32,794 nt of DNA from Diploschistes diacapsis (GCA_023645945.1 JALAIB010000095.1:1-32794); one strand, 5' to 3'; shown: positions 20,428 through 31,907, counted from the first letter of the stretch. Notes: generated by a model not told the origin, from the letters alone. Made by a program: numbers and translations.

Positions 20428-21273
20428 CTAATCGACAAACTCATCGGTGCTTACGTTTGGGTTGAATTTAGGCTCGCTTGCGCTGTCCCAGGGCACTTTG
20501 GGAAGTATAGAAAACTCCAGGTCGGCCGGCCAGTACAGATGTTTTTGCTGCATCCCCCGGTTGTTGCCATAGTAGATGAACCTTCCCGGACGGAGCTTGT
20601 CGTCCCAAAGGCCCTTGAAGGATTTATGCCTGACGCTCATGTAGCAATGCGCATGGAATTTGTATCGGTTGCAGAAGGCGCTTGCCGCCCCGTACTCGTG
20701 CATCGCGTCGAAGCAAGTCTCGCAGCCGGCGCGGCAGTGCTCTGCATCTTCCCACTTCTCCAATACCAAGGTATACAAGTATTCGGCCGGCATCGCCCGG
20801 TCTTCTCCGGCTTTGTGGCACGGCATGAGGAAATGGTGGGTTACGTCCTTGCCCTCCAAGTTGTAGTGCAAGCCGGCGGTACAGTGTTCGCCCAGGTAGA
20901 CTCTGGGATGCGTCCCGGGCGGACGAAATGCTGGGTTGAAATGAACGCAGTATGCGTGGTCCATCTTGTATCCCCAGTACATATGGTTCTTCCGGGTCAT
21001 GCGCGAGTCGTGCTCCGCAACCCAAGGATAATCCATCACGACCTTTTTCCCGCTCGTTGCGTTCGTCCATACGAGAAACTGGCGATTGCCTTCGGTGCTC
21101 ACGCCTATGTTGTCTCTCCTTTGAACGCTGGCACCAGCGACAGATGAACAGAGGAAGCATATGATGAAAAGGCAGACCGAAAGCCGGAGTATGCTTGTAC
21201 ACTGAGCTGGGAAATGGCCGTTGCGATCACGGTAACTCCTCGAAAGAGGCGAAGGGTCCGAAAGTTGTAACAT
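20428..21273 (-). CDS. Hypothetical secreted cysteine-rich protein (effector-like), family not recognised
   Basis: 281-codon ORF. Signal-peptide-like segment LRLSVCLFIICFLCSSVAGA is followed by a dibasic site (VQRR/DN), and the predicted mature region has 8 Cys. Start codon uncertain. Confidence 0.65.
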   Translation of the reverse strand: MLQLSDPSPLSRSYRDRNGHFPAQCTSILRLSVCLFIICFLCSSVAGASVQRRDNIGVSTEGNRQFLVWTNATSGKKVVMDYPWVAEHDSRMTRKNHMYWGYKMDHAYCVHFNPAFRPPGTHPRVYLGEHCTAGLHYNLEGKDVTHHFLMPCHKAGEDRAMPAEYLYTLVLEKWEDAEHCRAGCETCFDAMHEYGAASAFCNRYKFHAHCYMSVRHKSFKGLWDDKLRPGRFIYYGNNRGMQQKHLYWPADLEFSILPKVPWDSASEPKFNPNVSTDEFVD

Positions 21274-21987
21274 CTGGGGTTTTTGTTGGATGAACCAGCT
21301 TTGGAAAGACCATCACTTTTCGGCAAAAGTCAGAGCAGGCAAGTCTCTATATTCGCAGTCGCAGACCAGCAAACAAGGCGGAGCGGATATTCGCAATAAT
21401 ATATTTGACTAAAGCACTGTCTGCACGAATGTCTGAGCTAGCCATACATGTCCGAAGTTTTTTCTCTCTGTGCTTTGTGGTAATTTCCAGTTAAAGGTAA
21501 GCTAATGCTAAACAATCGATTTTGAAACCTGCGTAGAAATACAGAAGCCCATGGATGGGAACAATAGACTGCCGAATGCAAGTGTACTATGAAGACTCGT
21601 GAGTCTCCATAGGGTGGGTCCATTAGAGCTTGATTGAGGCCTTTGAGACCTGGGCCAACTCGAGTGCCTAAGATAAGAAAATGAGGAATAGAAGCGGAGT
21701 GCATGCGCTCACGCTCAGGCTGTTGCAAGCTCTTCAAATCTGCTACCTCGGTGGTTAGATTCGAGCGGAGTCCACAAGCCAGAAAATTTGTTGCAAGAAT
21801 TGGTGAAAGGAAGATAGAGCATTCGTAGGCAACAAAGCTACGTGAAGATTTTTCCAATGGTAGTGGGTATACAATAACCCCGCATTAGGCAGCAGAATTG
21901 ACATAGATAAATAAATAATTGAAAAGATTCACCTCGCTTAACTTGTGTGTGCAGTTCATCTAACTACTAGTACTGTGGGGTTGGATC

Positions 21988-22800
21988 ATGTCCCTTGCGC
22001 TGTCCGAAGTGAAGTCGGAGGAAGCTTATGCGCCGATCGTTCTTGTGGAAGATGAAGCCTTTTCCACCCCGCCCAACCAGTTCTATCAAGTGCTCAAGGG
22101 CCCGTCGAGGGAAGAGTACCGCGCACGTACATGGAAGAAGCACCTGGACCAAGGGAACAAGAGTCACTGGCTGGTGGTGACCGACAGCAACACGCGCCAA
22201 CCGCTTGGCGCAGCTCACTGGCTCGTGCACGAGACGGATCCCTTTGAGCATTCGAAGCCGAGACCGGCTCTTGACGCAACATGGTGGCCAGAAGGTGGGA
22301 TGTTCGCAGCGCATCGCATATATACTGACTTCGACCAGGCAGCGAGCGGAGGGACATCTCAACGCAGATGCTGCTTGAATTTTACTCCGAACGCGCCAAG
22401 TTTATGAATCGACCACATGTGGGTAAGCATTCCAGCTTGGCACTGTCCCCTCTCCCCTCGCCCAACGAGTTTTGATTTCGATTAACAGTGCACGCTGGTA
22501 GTGCTCGAGAACTGCTTCGTCTCACCTTCGCATCAACGTCGAGGTGTCGGCCGTCTTCTCGTACAATGGGGATGCGACTTGGCGGATTCTCTGAGTCTTC
22601 CTTGCTTCGTCGAGTCTTCCGAGGCAGGAAAGCGGCTGTACGAGTCAGTGGGCTTTGTAGCATTTGAGCGAGTGTGCCTCGATCCCAAAAATCCCAAAAA
22701 TCCCAAAACAGATGCACCGACGGAGAAATGGTTGGAAGTGAAGCATGAACTATTTCCAAACCCTATGATTGTTTGGAGGATGTCTAGGCCTGTACACTAG
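21988..22800 (+). CDS. GNAT-family N-acetyltransferase; predicted exons 21988-22294, 22339-22422, 22502-22800
   Basis: Acetyl-CoA-binding motif A (LENCFVSPSHQRRGVGRLLVQWG) and motif B (CFVESSEAGKRLYESVGF). Introns 22295-22338 (GTGGGA..ACTGAC..CAG) and 22423-22501 (GTAAGC..ATTAAC..TAG) keep the frame. Confidence 0.88.
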
Positions 22801-23183
22801 CGATAAAACACAGTTAGTTCCCGGTAAGCTGAAACTGTACTTGTTTCCGATTCTTCCGAGCTTTCTTGTCCAAAATGCCTCTATCAATGATAAAAGCCTT
22901 AAGAAATCAAAAACAACGACGAATGAAAAAGCTTCATAAATTACCTTACCTCTCTACGTGTGTGTCCCGATGGGGTACTGCATGTAAGTCCCGCACAAAG
23001 ATTAAACGAGCCAATCATCATCAAGAGTGGGTGAATCTATGACTGCTAATTGGTCCGCAAGTCTTTACTAACTTACTGTAGCTTTTTCTCCCCTCAGCTC
23101 AGCTCCAAGGATGATGGCGTTATCGCTTGAGATAAGCTATCGGCCACTCAAGATACTTCTATATGGAGACTGGGGAAGCTAAG

Positions 23184-23248
23184 GTAGTAGTATAGTAGTA
23201 TACTACGGCTGCTACTACTACTACTAATACTACTGCTGCCGTAGTATA
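23184..23248. repeat. TAG/CTA low-complexity block with an 11-bp perfect inverted repeat
   Basis: TATACTACGGC (23199-23209) is the exact reverse complement of GCCGTAGTATA (23238-23248). The block sits in (GTA)n and (CTA)n runs. Confidence 0.8.
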
Positions 23249-23797
23249 GTACAGTAGGCCTTCTTTAACGTGCATATCGATAGGTACTGGTTTTTTTGGT
23301 TTTTGCTCACCGCTGTGTGCCCTGCATTCCCGTTGGTCCGGCCTATTCGTGTTGATTCCTCTCTGCCTTGTGCTGTCTGTTAGTGGAAAAGGCTATCGTG
23401 GGCCTAGCCCTGTGGCTAAGTACTCGCACTATTCATGACAGTGCTAACAGTTGAACATGCTGGATCAGAGTCTTACCCTGAGGCAAGCTCTCCACTCGAC
23501 TTGGTTCACCTTCGCACCTTCAGCTTCCCATTTATCCTGCGTCATTGTTGTGTAGAGCTTCATCTTAGCATTGCCCTTAACAACCCATGGCGTTTCTTAT
23601 CTTCCATTGAACCGCCACCTTGATCTTTTACCCTCTTATGCTTTCTCCCATCCTAATTGACGCTCTTCTTCCCCTTCTTCCGCCAACCTCTAGTCCACAT
23701 AGAAGACATCCCTTCGCTGACTTTTCCCATCGCTATCTGGCCATATATGTGTCCAGCTCTATTTGAGATATCGTGCCCATAGAGGAATTTACCCATC

Positions 23798-26700
23798 ATG
23801 TCTCACCAGAACGATCAATATGCCGAAGTGTTCGAGGAAGGTCATGACCCGCACACCCATGGCGTCCACCAGAGGATCAGAGCGAACAGCTCTATCATGC
23901 ACTTCCAGAAACTCCTGGTTGCCAACCGAGGAGAGATACCAATTCGGATTTTCAGAACCGCCCATGAACTCTCCCTGCATACTGTCGCTGTCTACAGCCA
24001 TGAGGACCGGCTCAGCATGCATCGGCAAAAGGCCGACGAGGCCTACATGATCGGGAAGAGAGGACAGTACACGCCCGTCGGCGCCTACCTTGCCGGCGAC
24101 GAGATCATCAAAATTGCGCTTGCCCACGGCGTCAACATGATCCACCCTGGTTACGGATTCCTGTCGGAGAATGCTGGCTTCGCGCGTGCTGTAGAAAAAG
24201 CCGGTCTGGTATTCATTGGCCCGACGCCGGACACGATCGACTCCCTTGGCGACAAGGTCTCTGCAAGAACTGCCGCGATAAAGTGTGAGGTCCCTGTCGT
24301 GCCCGGAACTGAAGGTCCTGTCGAGAGATTCGAGGACGCTAAGAAATTCACCGACGAGTACGGCTTCCCAATCATCATCAAGGCTGCTTTCGGCGGCGGT
24401 GGGCGAGGCATGCGTGTCGTGAGAAAGCAGGAAGATCTAAAGGACTCGTTCGAAAGAGCCACGTCCGAGGCCAAGTCGGCTTTCGGCAACGGCACCGTCT
24501 TTATCGAGCGCTTTCTGGACAAGCCCAAGCATATCGAAGTTCAGCTGCTGGGCGACAACCATGGAAACGTCATCCACTTGTACGAGCGAGACTGCAGCGT
24601 TCAGAGACGACATCAAAAAGTCGTCGAAATCGCACCGGCCAAGGACCTCCCGCGCGAGACCCGCGATGCAATTCTTGCAGATGCCGTGAAGCTGGCACAG
24701 TCGGTCAACTACCGTAATGCGGGAACGGCGGAGTTTCTCGTCGACAAGGAAAACAGATACTACTTCATCGAGATCAACCCCCGTATACAGGTCGAGCATA
24801 CCATCACCGAGGAGATTACTGGCATCGACATCGTTGCTGCTCAGATCCAGATTGCAGCCGGTGCCAAGCTGCATGATCTGGGGCTTACACAAGATCGAAT
24901 TTCGGTGCGTGGTTTCGCCATCCAATGTCGTATTACAACGGAGGATCCCGCCAATGCCTTCTCGCCGGATACCGGAAAGATAGAGGTTTATCGATCCGCA
25001 GGCGGCAACGGAGTCCGTCTGGACGGCGGCAACGGATTCGCCGGCGCCATCATTTCGCCCCACTACGACTCGATGCTCGTCAAGTGTACGTGCCGCGGGT
25101 CTACGTACGAAATCGTCCGCCGCAAGATGCTGCGCGCGCTCGTCGAATTCCGTATTCGTGGCGTCAAGACCAATATTCCTTTCTTGACCTCTCTTCTTAC
25201 ACATCCGACCTTCATCAACGGAAAGTGCTGGACCACCTTCATCGACGATACTCCGGAACTTTTCTCTCTCGTTACCAGTCAGAACCGTGCGCAGAAGCTG
25301 CTCGCTTACCTTGGAGATGTGGCGGTCAACGGTAGCAGCATCAAAGGCCAGATTGGAGAGCCCAAGTTCAAGGGAGACATCGTCATGCCTACCGTTCATG
25401 GCGATGACGGCAGACCGTTGAGCCTCACCAGCCCACCTCCGGCAGGATTCAAGCAGATCATTGACAAGGAAGGCCCAGAGGCATTCGCCAAGGCCGTTCG
25501 CAAGCACAAAGGGCTTTTGCTCATGGACACCACGTGGCGCGATGCACATCAATCGCTGCTGGCAACCCGCGTGCGCACGGTCGATTTGCTCAATATTGCC
25601 AAAGAGACGGCCCATACCTACGCCGGCGCGTTTGCTCTCGAATGCTGGGGTGGAGCGACTTTCGACGTGGCCATGCGCTTTCTCTACGAAGATCCATGGG
25701 ACCGTTTGCGAAAGTTGAGAAGGGCTGTACCGAACATTCCTTTCCAGATGCTTCTGCGCGGTGCCAACGGCGTGGCATATTCTTCGTAAGTGCTGGCTTG
25801 CTCTGCGGTGATCCTTTAGGATTCGCTAAATAACTCTCAGGCTACCCGACAATGCCATATACCACTTCTGTAAGCAAGCTAAACAATACGGTGTCGATGT
25901 GTTCAGAATATTCGACGCTCTGAACGATATCGACCAGCTCGAGGTCGGTATGAAGGCAGTCCGCGAAGCCGGTGGCGTCGTCGAAAGCACCATCTGCTAC
26001 AGCGGCGACATGCTTAACCCGAAAAAGAAGTACAACCTCGACTACTACCTGGATCTGGCGGACAAGATCGTCAAGCTCGGAACCCATGTTCTGGGTATCA
26101 AGGACATGGCCGGCGTGCTCAAACCGCGTGCTGCCACCCTTCTCGTTGGCTCGATTCGCAAGAAGTACCCTGACCTACCCATCCATGTTCACTGCCATGA
26201 CTCTGCAGGAACCGGAATTGCTACCTACGTCGCGTGCGCCGAGGCAGGTGCTGACGCCGTCGACACCGCTACGGATAGCTTGTCCGGCATGACTTCCCAG
26301 CCGAGCGTGAACGCCCTACTGGCCTCTCTCGAGGGCACCGAGTACGACCCGAAGCTGCCTGCGCATAACATTCGTGCGCTGGACACCTACTGGGCACAGC
26401 TTCGTTTGCTCTACTCGCCCTTCGAGGCCGGTCTGACCGGTCCGGATCCCGAGGTCTACGAGCACGAGATCCCCGGAGGCCAATTGACCAATCTCATCTT
26501 CCAAGCGTCACAGCTTGGCCTCGGAACGCAGTGGGCGGAAACGAAGAAAGCGTACGAGCAGGCCAACGACCTCCTGGGTGACATCGTCAAGGTTACACCG
26601 ACCTCGAAAGTCGTCGGCGACCTGGCCCAATTCATGGTGTCTAACAAGCTAAGCTATCAGGACGTGATCGACAGAGCCGAGAAACTCGATTTCCCCGGCT

Positions 26701-27471
26701 CCGTTCTAGAGTTCTTCGAGGGCCTTATGGGCCAACCTTACGGTGGCTTCCCCGAGCCTCTTCGCTCCAACGCTCTGCGCGGCCGACGAAAGCTTGACAA
26801 GCGCCCCGGCTTGTTCCTAGAGCCCCTTGATCTTGCCAAGATCAAGAATGATATCAAAGAAAAGTACGGCTCGGTTTCGGAATGCGACGTCGCCAGCTAC
26901 GCCATGTACCCCAAGGTCTATCAAGACTACCGTAAGTTCGTCCAGAAGTATGGAGACCTCTCCGTTCTGCCCACACGCTACTTCCTTGCCAAGCCAGAAA
27001 TCGGTGAGGAATTTCACGTCGAGCTGGAAAAGGGCAAAGTCTTGATCCTAAAGATGCTTGCAATTGGTCCACTGTCGGAGAATACCGGTCAGAGAGAAGT
27101 CTTCTACGAGATGAACGGTGAAGTCAGACAGGTTACCGTGGATGATAAGAACGCTGCGGTCGAGAACGTCAGTAGGCCGAAGGCGGATTCTGGGGATCAC
27201 AGCCAAGTGGGTGCTCCAATGTCTGGCGTGGTGGTTGAAATCCGGGTACACGAAGGAGGTGAAGTCAAAAAGGGTGACCCCGTCGCTATTTTGAGCGCAA
27301 TGAAAATGGTAGAGTCTACAACACCCGCCCCGTATGGGATGGAGTACTAACCGGTCATTCGTACAGGAAATGGTCATCAGCGCTCCTCATTCGGGCCACG
27401 TCGCTTCTTTGCTTGTTCACGAAGGCGATTCGGTCGACAGTCAGGACTTGATCTGCAAGATCAACAAGTAG
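23798..27471 (+). CDS. PYC: Pyruvate carboxylase; exons 23798-25785, 25841-27308, 27367-27471
   Basis: Biotin carboxylase domain ([48 protein letters not shown]), carboxyltransferase domain ([27 protein letters not shown]) and biotinyl domain (SAMKM/EMVISAP). Introns 25786-25840 and 27309-27366 have canonical GT..CTAA..AG. Confidence 0.98.
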
Positions 27472-27840
27472 GAACTGTGTAGGTATTGTTGACATTGAGT
27501 CATGTAGCGTAGGCGCACAAAGTAAGGGGGTGAACGACTTGTCCTAGCATAGAATTTGTAATGATCTTGCAAGGCAATGGAATCTTGTCATATTTGATGA
27601 CTTCACGCATAGCATAAAACACACCGGGAAAGAGATCTTTTTGGAACGCTATAATGTAAAGAAAGAAGATGATCCAATGTAGATACCTATAGTACAGGTA
27701 ACTTACACCGGCCAGCAGCGCCTTTCAGTTACCGAAGCTTGCCGAAGCAGATTCACTGGCAAGCTCCCCAATGCAACCCCAATGTCAAGAAGCTTTCTTG
27801 CAATTTCAGACAAGCTTCAAGCTTTGTACCTCTTCAACTT

Positions 27841-29726
27841 ATGACGCAAGAGAGCCTTACGCTCCCTCCTGCAAAGGCGGAAAGAGAGACTTTGGACACC
27901 ACAAAGCCAAACACGGCCGCGACTCTAGCGATCAAAAGACCGCCGCCAGAGAAGCCCGAGAGTATCCGTGCGAGGTCGCTGGTGGTCTTTACATTCTGGA
28001 CTGTTGTTGTCCTTTTGGGGCTACCGGTGTGGTTATGGACCACTTCGATCCACAGGGCACATCTCCCATTGCAGGAGATGCTAGATTGGGCCGACGGAAA
28101 GGTCTGGTGTTGAATCCGGCAGCTCCAACTGAGTTCGGGAGACTGACTTCAGTGACTTGATAGGCATGCAAACTCACGTTTCCCCTGCATATTCTACTCG
28201 AGGCACCCACTCTGCAGCATAGTGAAGCTCAGCATCTGGTCCGCACCACTCAGCATGCCCTCGATGACCTGAACGAGTTCTCGGCCCATCACCTGCGATT
28301 GAGCCTTGACGACTACGCAGACAAGGTATCGGCGCTCGAAGTGAAAGGGGAGGAGGACGGAGCAGAGGCGGGACTGCGAATACATCTAAGTGCAAAGGAC
28401 AATCTCGGTACTCCGACCGCAAACCTGCGACCACATTCTACGGTGCTGGACGTGTACTATGCACCGAATCAGGCTCCTTCTATCTCTTCGAGCTCGTCGG
28501 CGTTGGCGAGCACCATTGCCGCAAAGTTGCAGGAAATCTTTTTGGAGGAAAAGTCCGGCATTACCTACATTCTCGCCTCAAGCCCCGGCTCGGGCTACAA
28601 TCAGCAATCTACCACGTCTTCAAGCTACACGCCGCACAACTCACCTTCGAGTCCCAACCGTGACTCCAAACCAACGTCCATTCTCTCGCCCGAGATATCG
28701 GCCAAGCTCGCGCGCCGGCGTGCGCGCTCCTTGAAGTACGCTCCAACCTACCACATCTCCATCTCCCTCTTCACGCCCACCGACCTTCCCACATCCTGGG
28801 ACATCGACTCCGCCGTCGCCGAGTACCTTCAGCCCCTCCTCGATGCCTTTACCATAAGTAACTTCACCATCGACACCCAGGTCCAACATTACGCCGCTTT
28901 CTCCCCGTCCATGCGCCAGCCCGAACACGAGGCCACCACAAACACCTGGACGTTCCGTCAAGAAGATTTGGGCTCTTTCATCAACGCTGCCGAATGGCCC
29001 TTGGGCCCCAGCATTGGTTCCGGTCCCACGCTCAACTTTCTCCTTTATGTCCCCAGCCCAGACATGAGGCCCCTCCTAATCAAGGACTCTGGCGCAACAA
29101 GCTGGCTGATCCCGCAATGGGGTGGCATTACGATCCTCAACCCCCCGCCCCAAATCGGCAGCCCGACTCCCGCTCACCTCACGCATGCCATGCTCGAGGC
29201 CCCGTTACAGACCTTTTCGCACCATCTTCTCTCCCTTCTCGGGCTGCCTTGCCCTCCTTCTCTCAGTTCTTCTTCTTCTTCTTCTTCTTCTTTTTCTTCC
29301 TCCTCCGTCCAAGAGGTTGACTACTCTTTTCCACTCTCACTCCTTACCCAAACCCGTATCCACACCGCCTCCCTCTTCTTCTCCTCTTCCTCAACCCTCG
29401 GCGCCCTGGCGTCCCTCTCCGCCTCTCTGCCCAACATCCCCATCCCCGAAACCGTGGCAGATGGAGTCTCGCAGACCATCCACCACCTCCGGTCCACGTG
29501 TGACGCGCTCAAGAAGGGGGAGAGCGCCAAGGCGCTAGAGCATGCGCGACTGGCGGAAGAGGAGAGCGAAAAGGCTTTTTTCGAGAGGAGTATGGTCGGG
29601 CAGGTGTACTTCCCAGAACAGCACAAAGTCGCCGTCTACCTGCCGCTTTTAGGGCCCATAGGTGTGCCGTTGGTGACGAGCTTGTACAAGGTGATTAGAG
29701 GGAGGGCCTGGAGGTACTGGTTTTAG
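27841..29726 (+). CDS. GPI17: GPI transamidase component PIG-S / Gpi17; exons 27841-28101, 28164-29726
   Basis: N-terminal TM segment FWTVVVLLGLPVWLWTTSIHRAHLP; internal FINAAEWPL, LNFLLYVP and WLIPQWGGITILN; C-terminal AFFERSMVGQVYFPEQHKVAVYLPLLGPIGVPL. Intron 28102-28163 (GTCTGG..ACTGAC..TAG) is phase 0. Confidence 0.93.
29267..29305 (+). repeat. (TCT)n/(TCC)n microsatellite encoding a poly-Ser insert in PIG-S
   Basis: Tandem TCT units give SSSSSSSSSFSSSS in frame. Confidence 0.85.
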
Positions 29727-30617
29727 GAGGAGCGATTGAGAGAAAGGGCTCACTGCATGGAGGTAATGGGAACTGGGGCTAAACGTTGTTTGAGAGTGCT
29801 TAATGATTCTATGTATGATATTTATACAGTGTCCTGCACGGTCAGCAAGGCCCATTGAATGTTGGGCCGGGATGGCATTTTTCGACGAAGATCTGCTGCT
29901 TTGCCGCCTGAAAAGAGTCAAGTCGGGGGAAAAGAGAGGCTGGATGAGATCACCCGTGCATGAAGAAGCGGCCCTTTTGATTCCATCCCTAATGAATGTA
30001 ATCTAGACCGTCCAATGCCCCTTGCCAGGGGATCTTTCGTACAGTACAAAGCACAAAGCTTTCCACACGAATATTGTAGGGCTGACAAATTACTTTGCGT
30101 ACACGTTAAGCTAGGTCCCATATGAATTTATTTGTATGTGTATATATTTATTTCCTTCAGTAATTCTCAAGTCATTTGGTAGCGCACACAAAGCCATATA
30201 TACATATACGCTCGTATCATGTCATGTGACAATAATGTATTATATAATCTGAATCTCACCTTTCTCCATACACTTTTTAGAGCTCATTTTTAGAGCTTAA
30301 TATATCGCTTCTCATGTTATCTAGATCATCAATATCCATCTATACAAATCACTATGGGAACTAGATATAAAGCTAAACTACTTGGCAGGCACACTATATG
30401 TGGAGGAGGGTGAGCGGAGCAGGTAGTACTCCTGAGAACAACCGGACTCCAATTGAGACCTTTCGATTCTTTAGCCGCGCCTCAGTTACACACTCCTTTG
30501 CATACCTGAAGTGAGATGCTCGATAGAAGCATCATGTTCAGTCTCCAGCCCCAGATTTTGCAACTTGCAATTATGCCCATTCGACGGTAGCACTCCACAG
30601 CCCCTGCATTAAGTACA

Positions 30618-31907
30618 ATGGCCAGGTCGTCGTTTTCTTTCATACGTACCTCTTCGTACATCATCCGCCTTGCCATTATCTTGGTCATCTTTTTTGCACC
30701 ACTGATCACTGCATTCTTGAATCTCTCCTCCTCTACGCTTCGCTCTCTACCTCGACCGGCCTCCACGTTTGGTCTTACAGGCTCACAGTCCATCCTCGCT
30801 CCTATACTCGTCCCCCGCGTTTCCGGCACAGAAGGCAACGAGCAGGTGCGGTCTTTCTTCGCCCAATTCTTCTCTTCCAACTTGCCAAAATGGGCCATCT
30901 CATACCAAAATTCCACATCCACGACACCTGCTACCGGCTCCCGCCAAGTCCCCTTTATTAATTTCATTGGCAAGCGTGCCCCTCCATGGGCTGAGGAAGG
31001 TGAGATCAGCTATCTGACACTGGTTGCACACTACGACAGCAAGCTCACGCCGCCGGGTTTTATCGGAGCCACCGATTCCGCTGCACCATGTGCCATGCTA
31101 CTGCACGTCGTTAAAGCTCTCGATACGGCGCTCACGAAGAAATGGGAGAGCATGTCCGCTGCGGGCGTGGATGGCTCGGATCCGGATACAAACAGGGGAT
31201 TACAAGTACTGCTCTTGGATGGCGAGGAAGCCTTCAAGAGCTGGACACACACGGATTCCACTTACGGCGCGCGGAGCCTGGCGGCCGAGTGGGAGGTGAC
31301 TCCACACCAAGCGCTAAGCACGTACAAGAACCCGCTGGACAGCATCGACTTGTTCGTGCTGCTAGACCTTTTAGGCGCCAGCGATCCGAAGGTGCCCAGC
31401 TATTTCATTACAACCCATTGGGCTTACAAAAAGATTGCCGACACTGAGAAACGGCTGAGAGAGGATGGCCTATTCTGGAGTTCGCCGAACCATCATCGGA
31501 AGAAAAGCCGCAGGAAAGAGGACGGTAAGGTAGAGGCAAGACAAACAGATGAGCCATCCTGGTTCTTCGAGACGGGCAAGACAGATACGGATCGCTGGAT
31601 GGGCGGGCTAATTGGTGACGATCACGAGCCGTTCCTGGCAAGAGGCGTCGAGGTGCTACATGTGATACCCACGCCTTTCCCGCGAGTTTGGCACCACATG
31701 GACGACGATGGGACGCATCTGGACATGGATACTACTGAAGACTGGGCCGTACTGGTTACTGCATTTGCGGCGGAGTGGATGGAGCTCGAAGGGTTCCTGG
31801 AAGGTACAGACAAGGATAAGAGGGATACGGACTGGAGCGACGAGGATGGTCGAGACAAAGAAACGAGATTGGCAGCGCCGGCAGTTAGGGTCAGGGATGA
31901 ATTGTAA
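30618..31907 (+). CDS. Glutaminyl-peptide cyclotransferase-like M28 family metalloenzyme
   Basis: N-terminal signal/anchor; motifs PRVSGTEG, LVAHYDSK, FIGATDSAAPCAM, LDGEEAF, YGARSLA, LLDLLGA, DDHEPF and FPRVWH, matching the glutaminyl cyclase Zn-ligand set. Ends in RDEL. Confidence 0.9.
   Translation: MARSSFSFIRTSSYIIRLAIILVIFFAPLITAFLNLSSSTLRSLPRPASTFGLTGSQSILAPILVPRVSGTEGNEQVRSFFAQFFSSNLPKWAISYQNSTSTTPATGSRQVPFINFIGKRAPPWAEEGEISYLTLVAHYDSKLTPPGFIGATDSAAPCAMLLHVVKALDTALTKKWESMSAAGVDGSDPDTNRGLQVLLLDGEEAFKSWTHTDSTYGARSLAAEWEVTPHQALSTYKNPLDSIDLFVLLDLLGASDPKVPSYFITTHWAYKKIADTEKRLREDGLFWSSPNHHRKKSRRKEDGKVEARQTDEPSWFFETGKTDTDRWMGGLIGDDHEPFLARGVEVLHVIPTPFPRVWHHMDDDGTHLDMDTTEDWAVLVTAFAAEWMELEGFLEGTDKDKRDTDWSDEDGRDKETRLAAPAVRVRDEL

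Noticed and set aside
24437..25615. 392-aa minus-strand ORF inside pyruvate carboxylase (likewise 17136-17864 inside the Zn-cluster gene)
   Set aside because: Antisense shadow of a strongly codon-biased gene, with no independent evidence.
656..27471. Idea that the ammonium transporter, Zn2Cys6 factor, GNAT and pyruvate carboxylase form a nitrogen-assimilation or metabolic gene cluster
   Set aside because: They are spread over more than 20 kb and interleaved with unrelated housekeeping genes (Ies1, COQ10, bL36m, PAP2). No backbone biosynthetic enzyme or shared motif is visible. It would need synteny and co-expression evidence.
30120..30380. AT-rich stretch with a short direct repeat (TTTTTAGAGCT x2) between PIG-S and the M28 gene
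   Set aside because: Too short, with no coding relic or terminal repeats. Consistent with ordinary terminator/promoter DNA.
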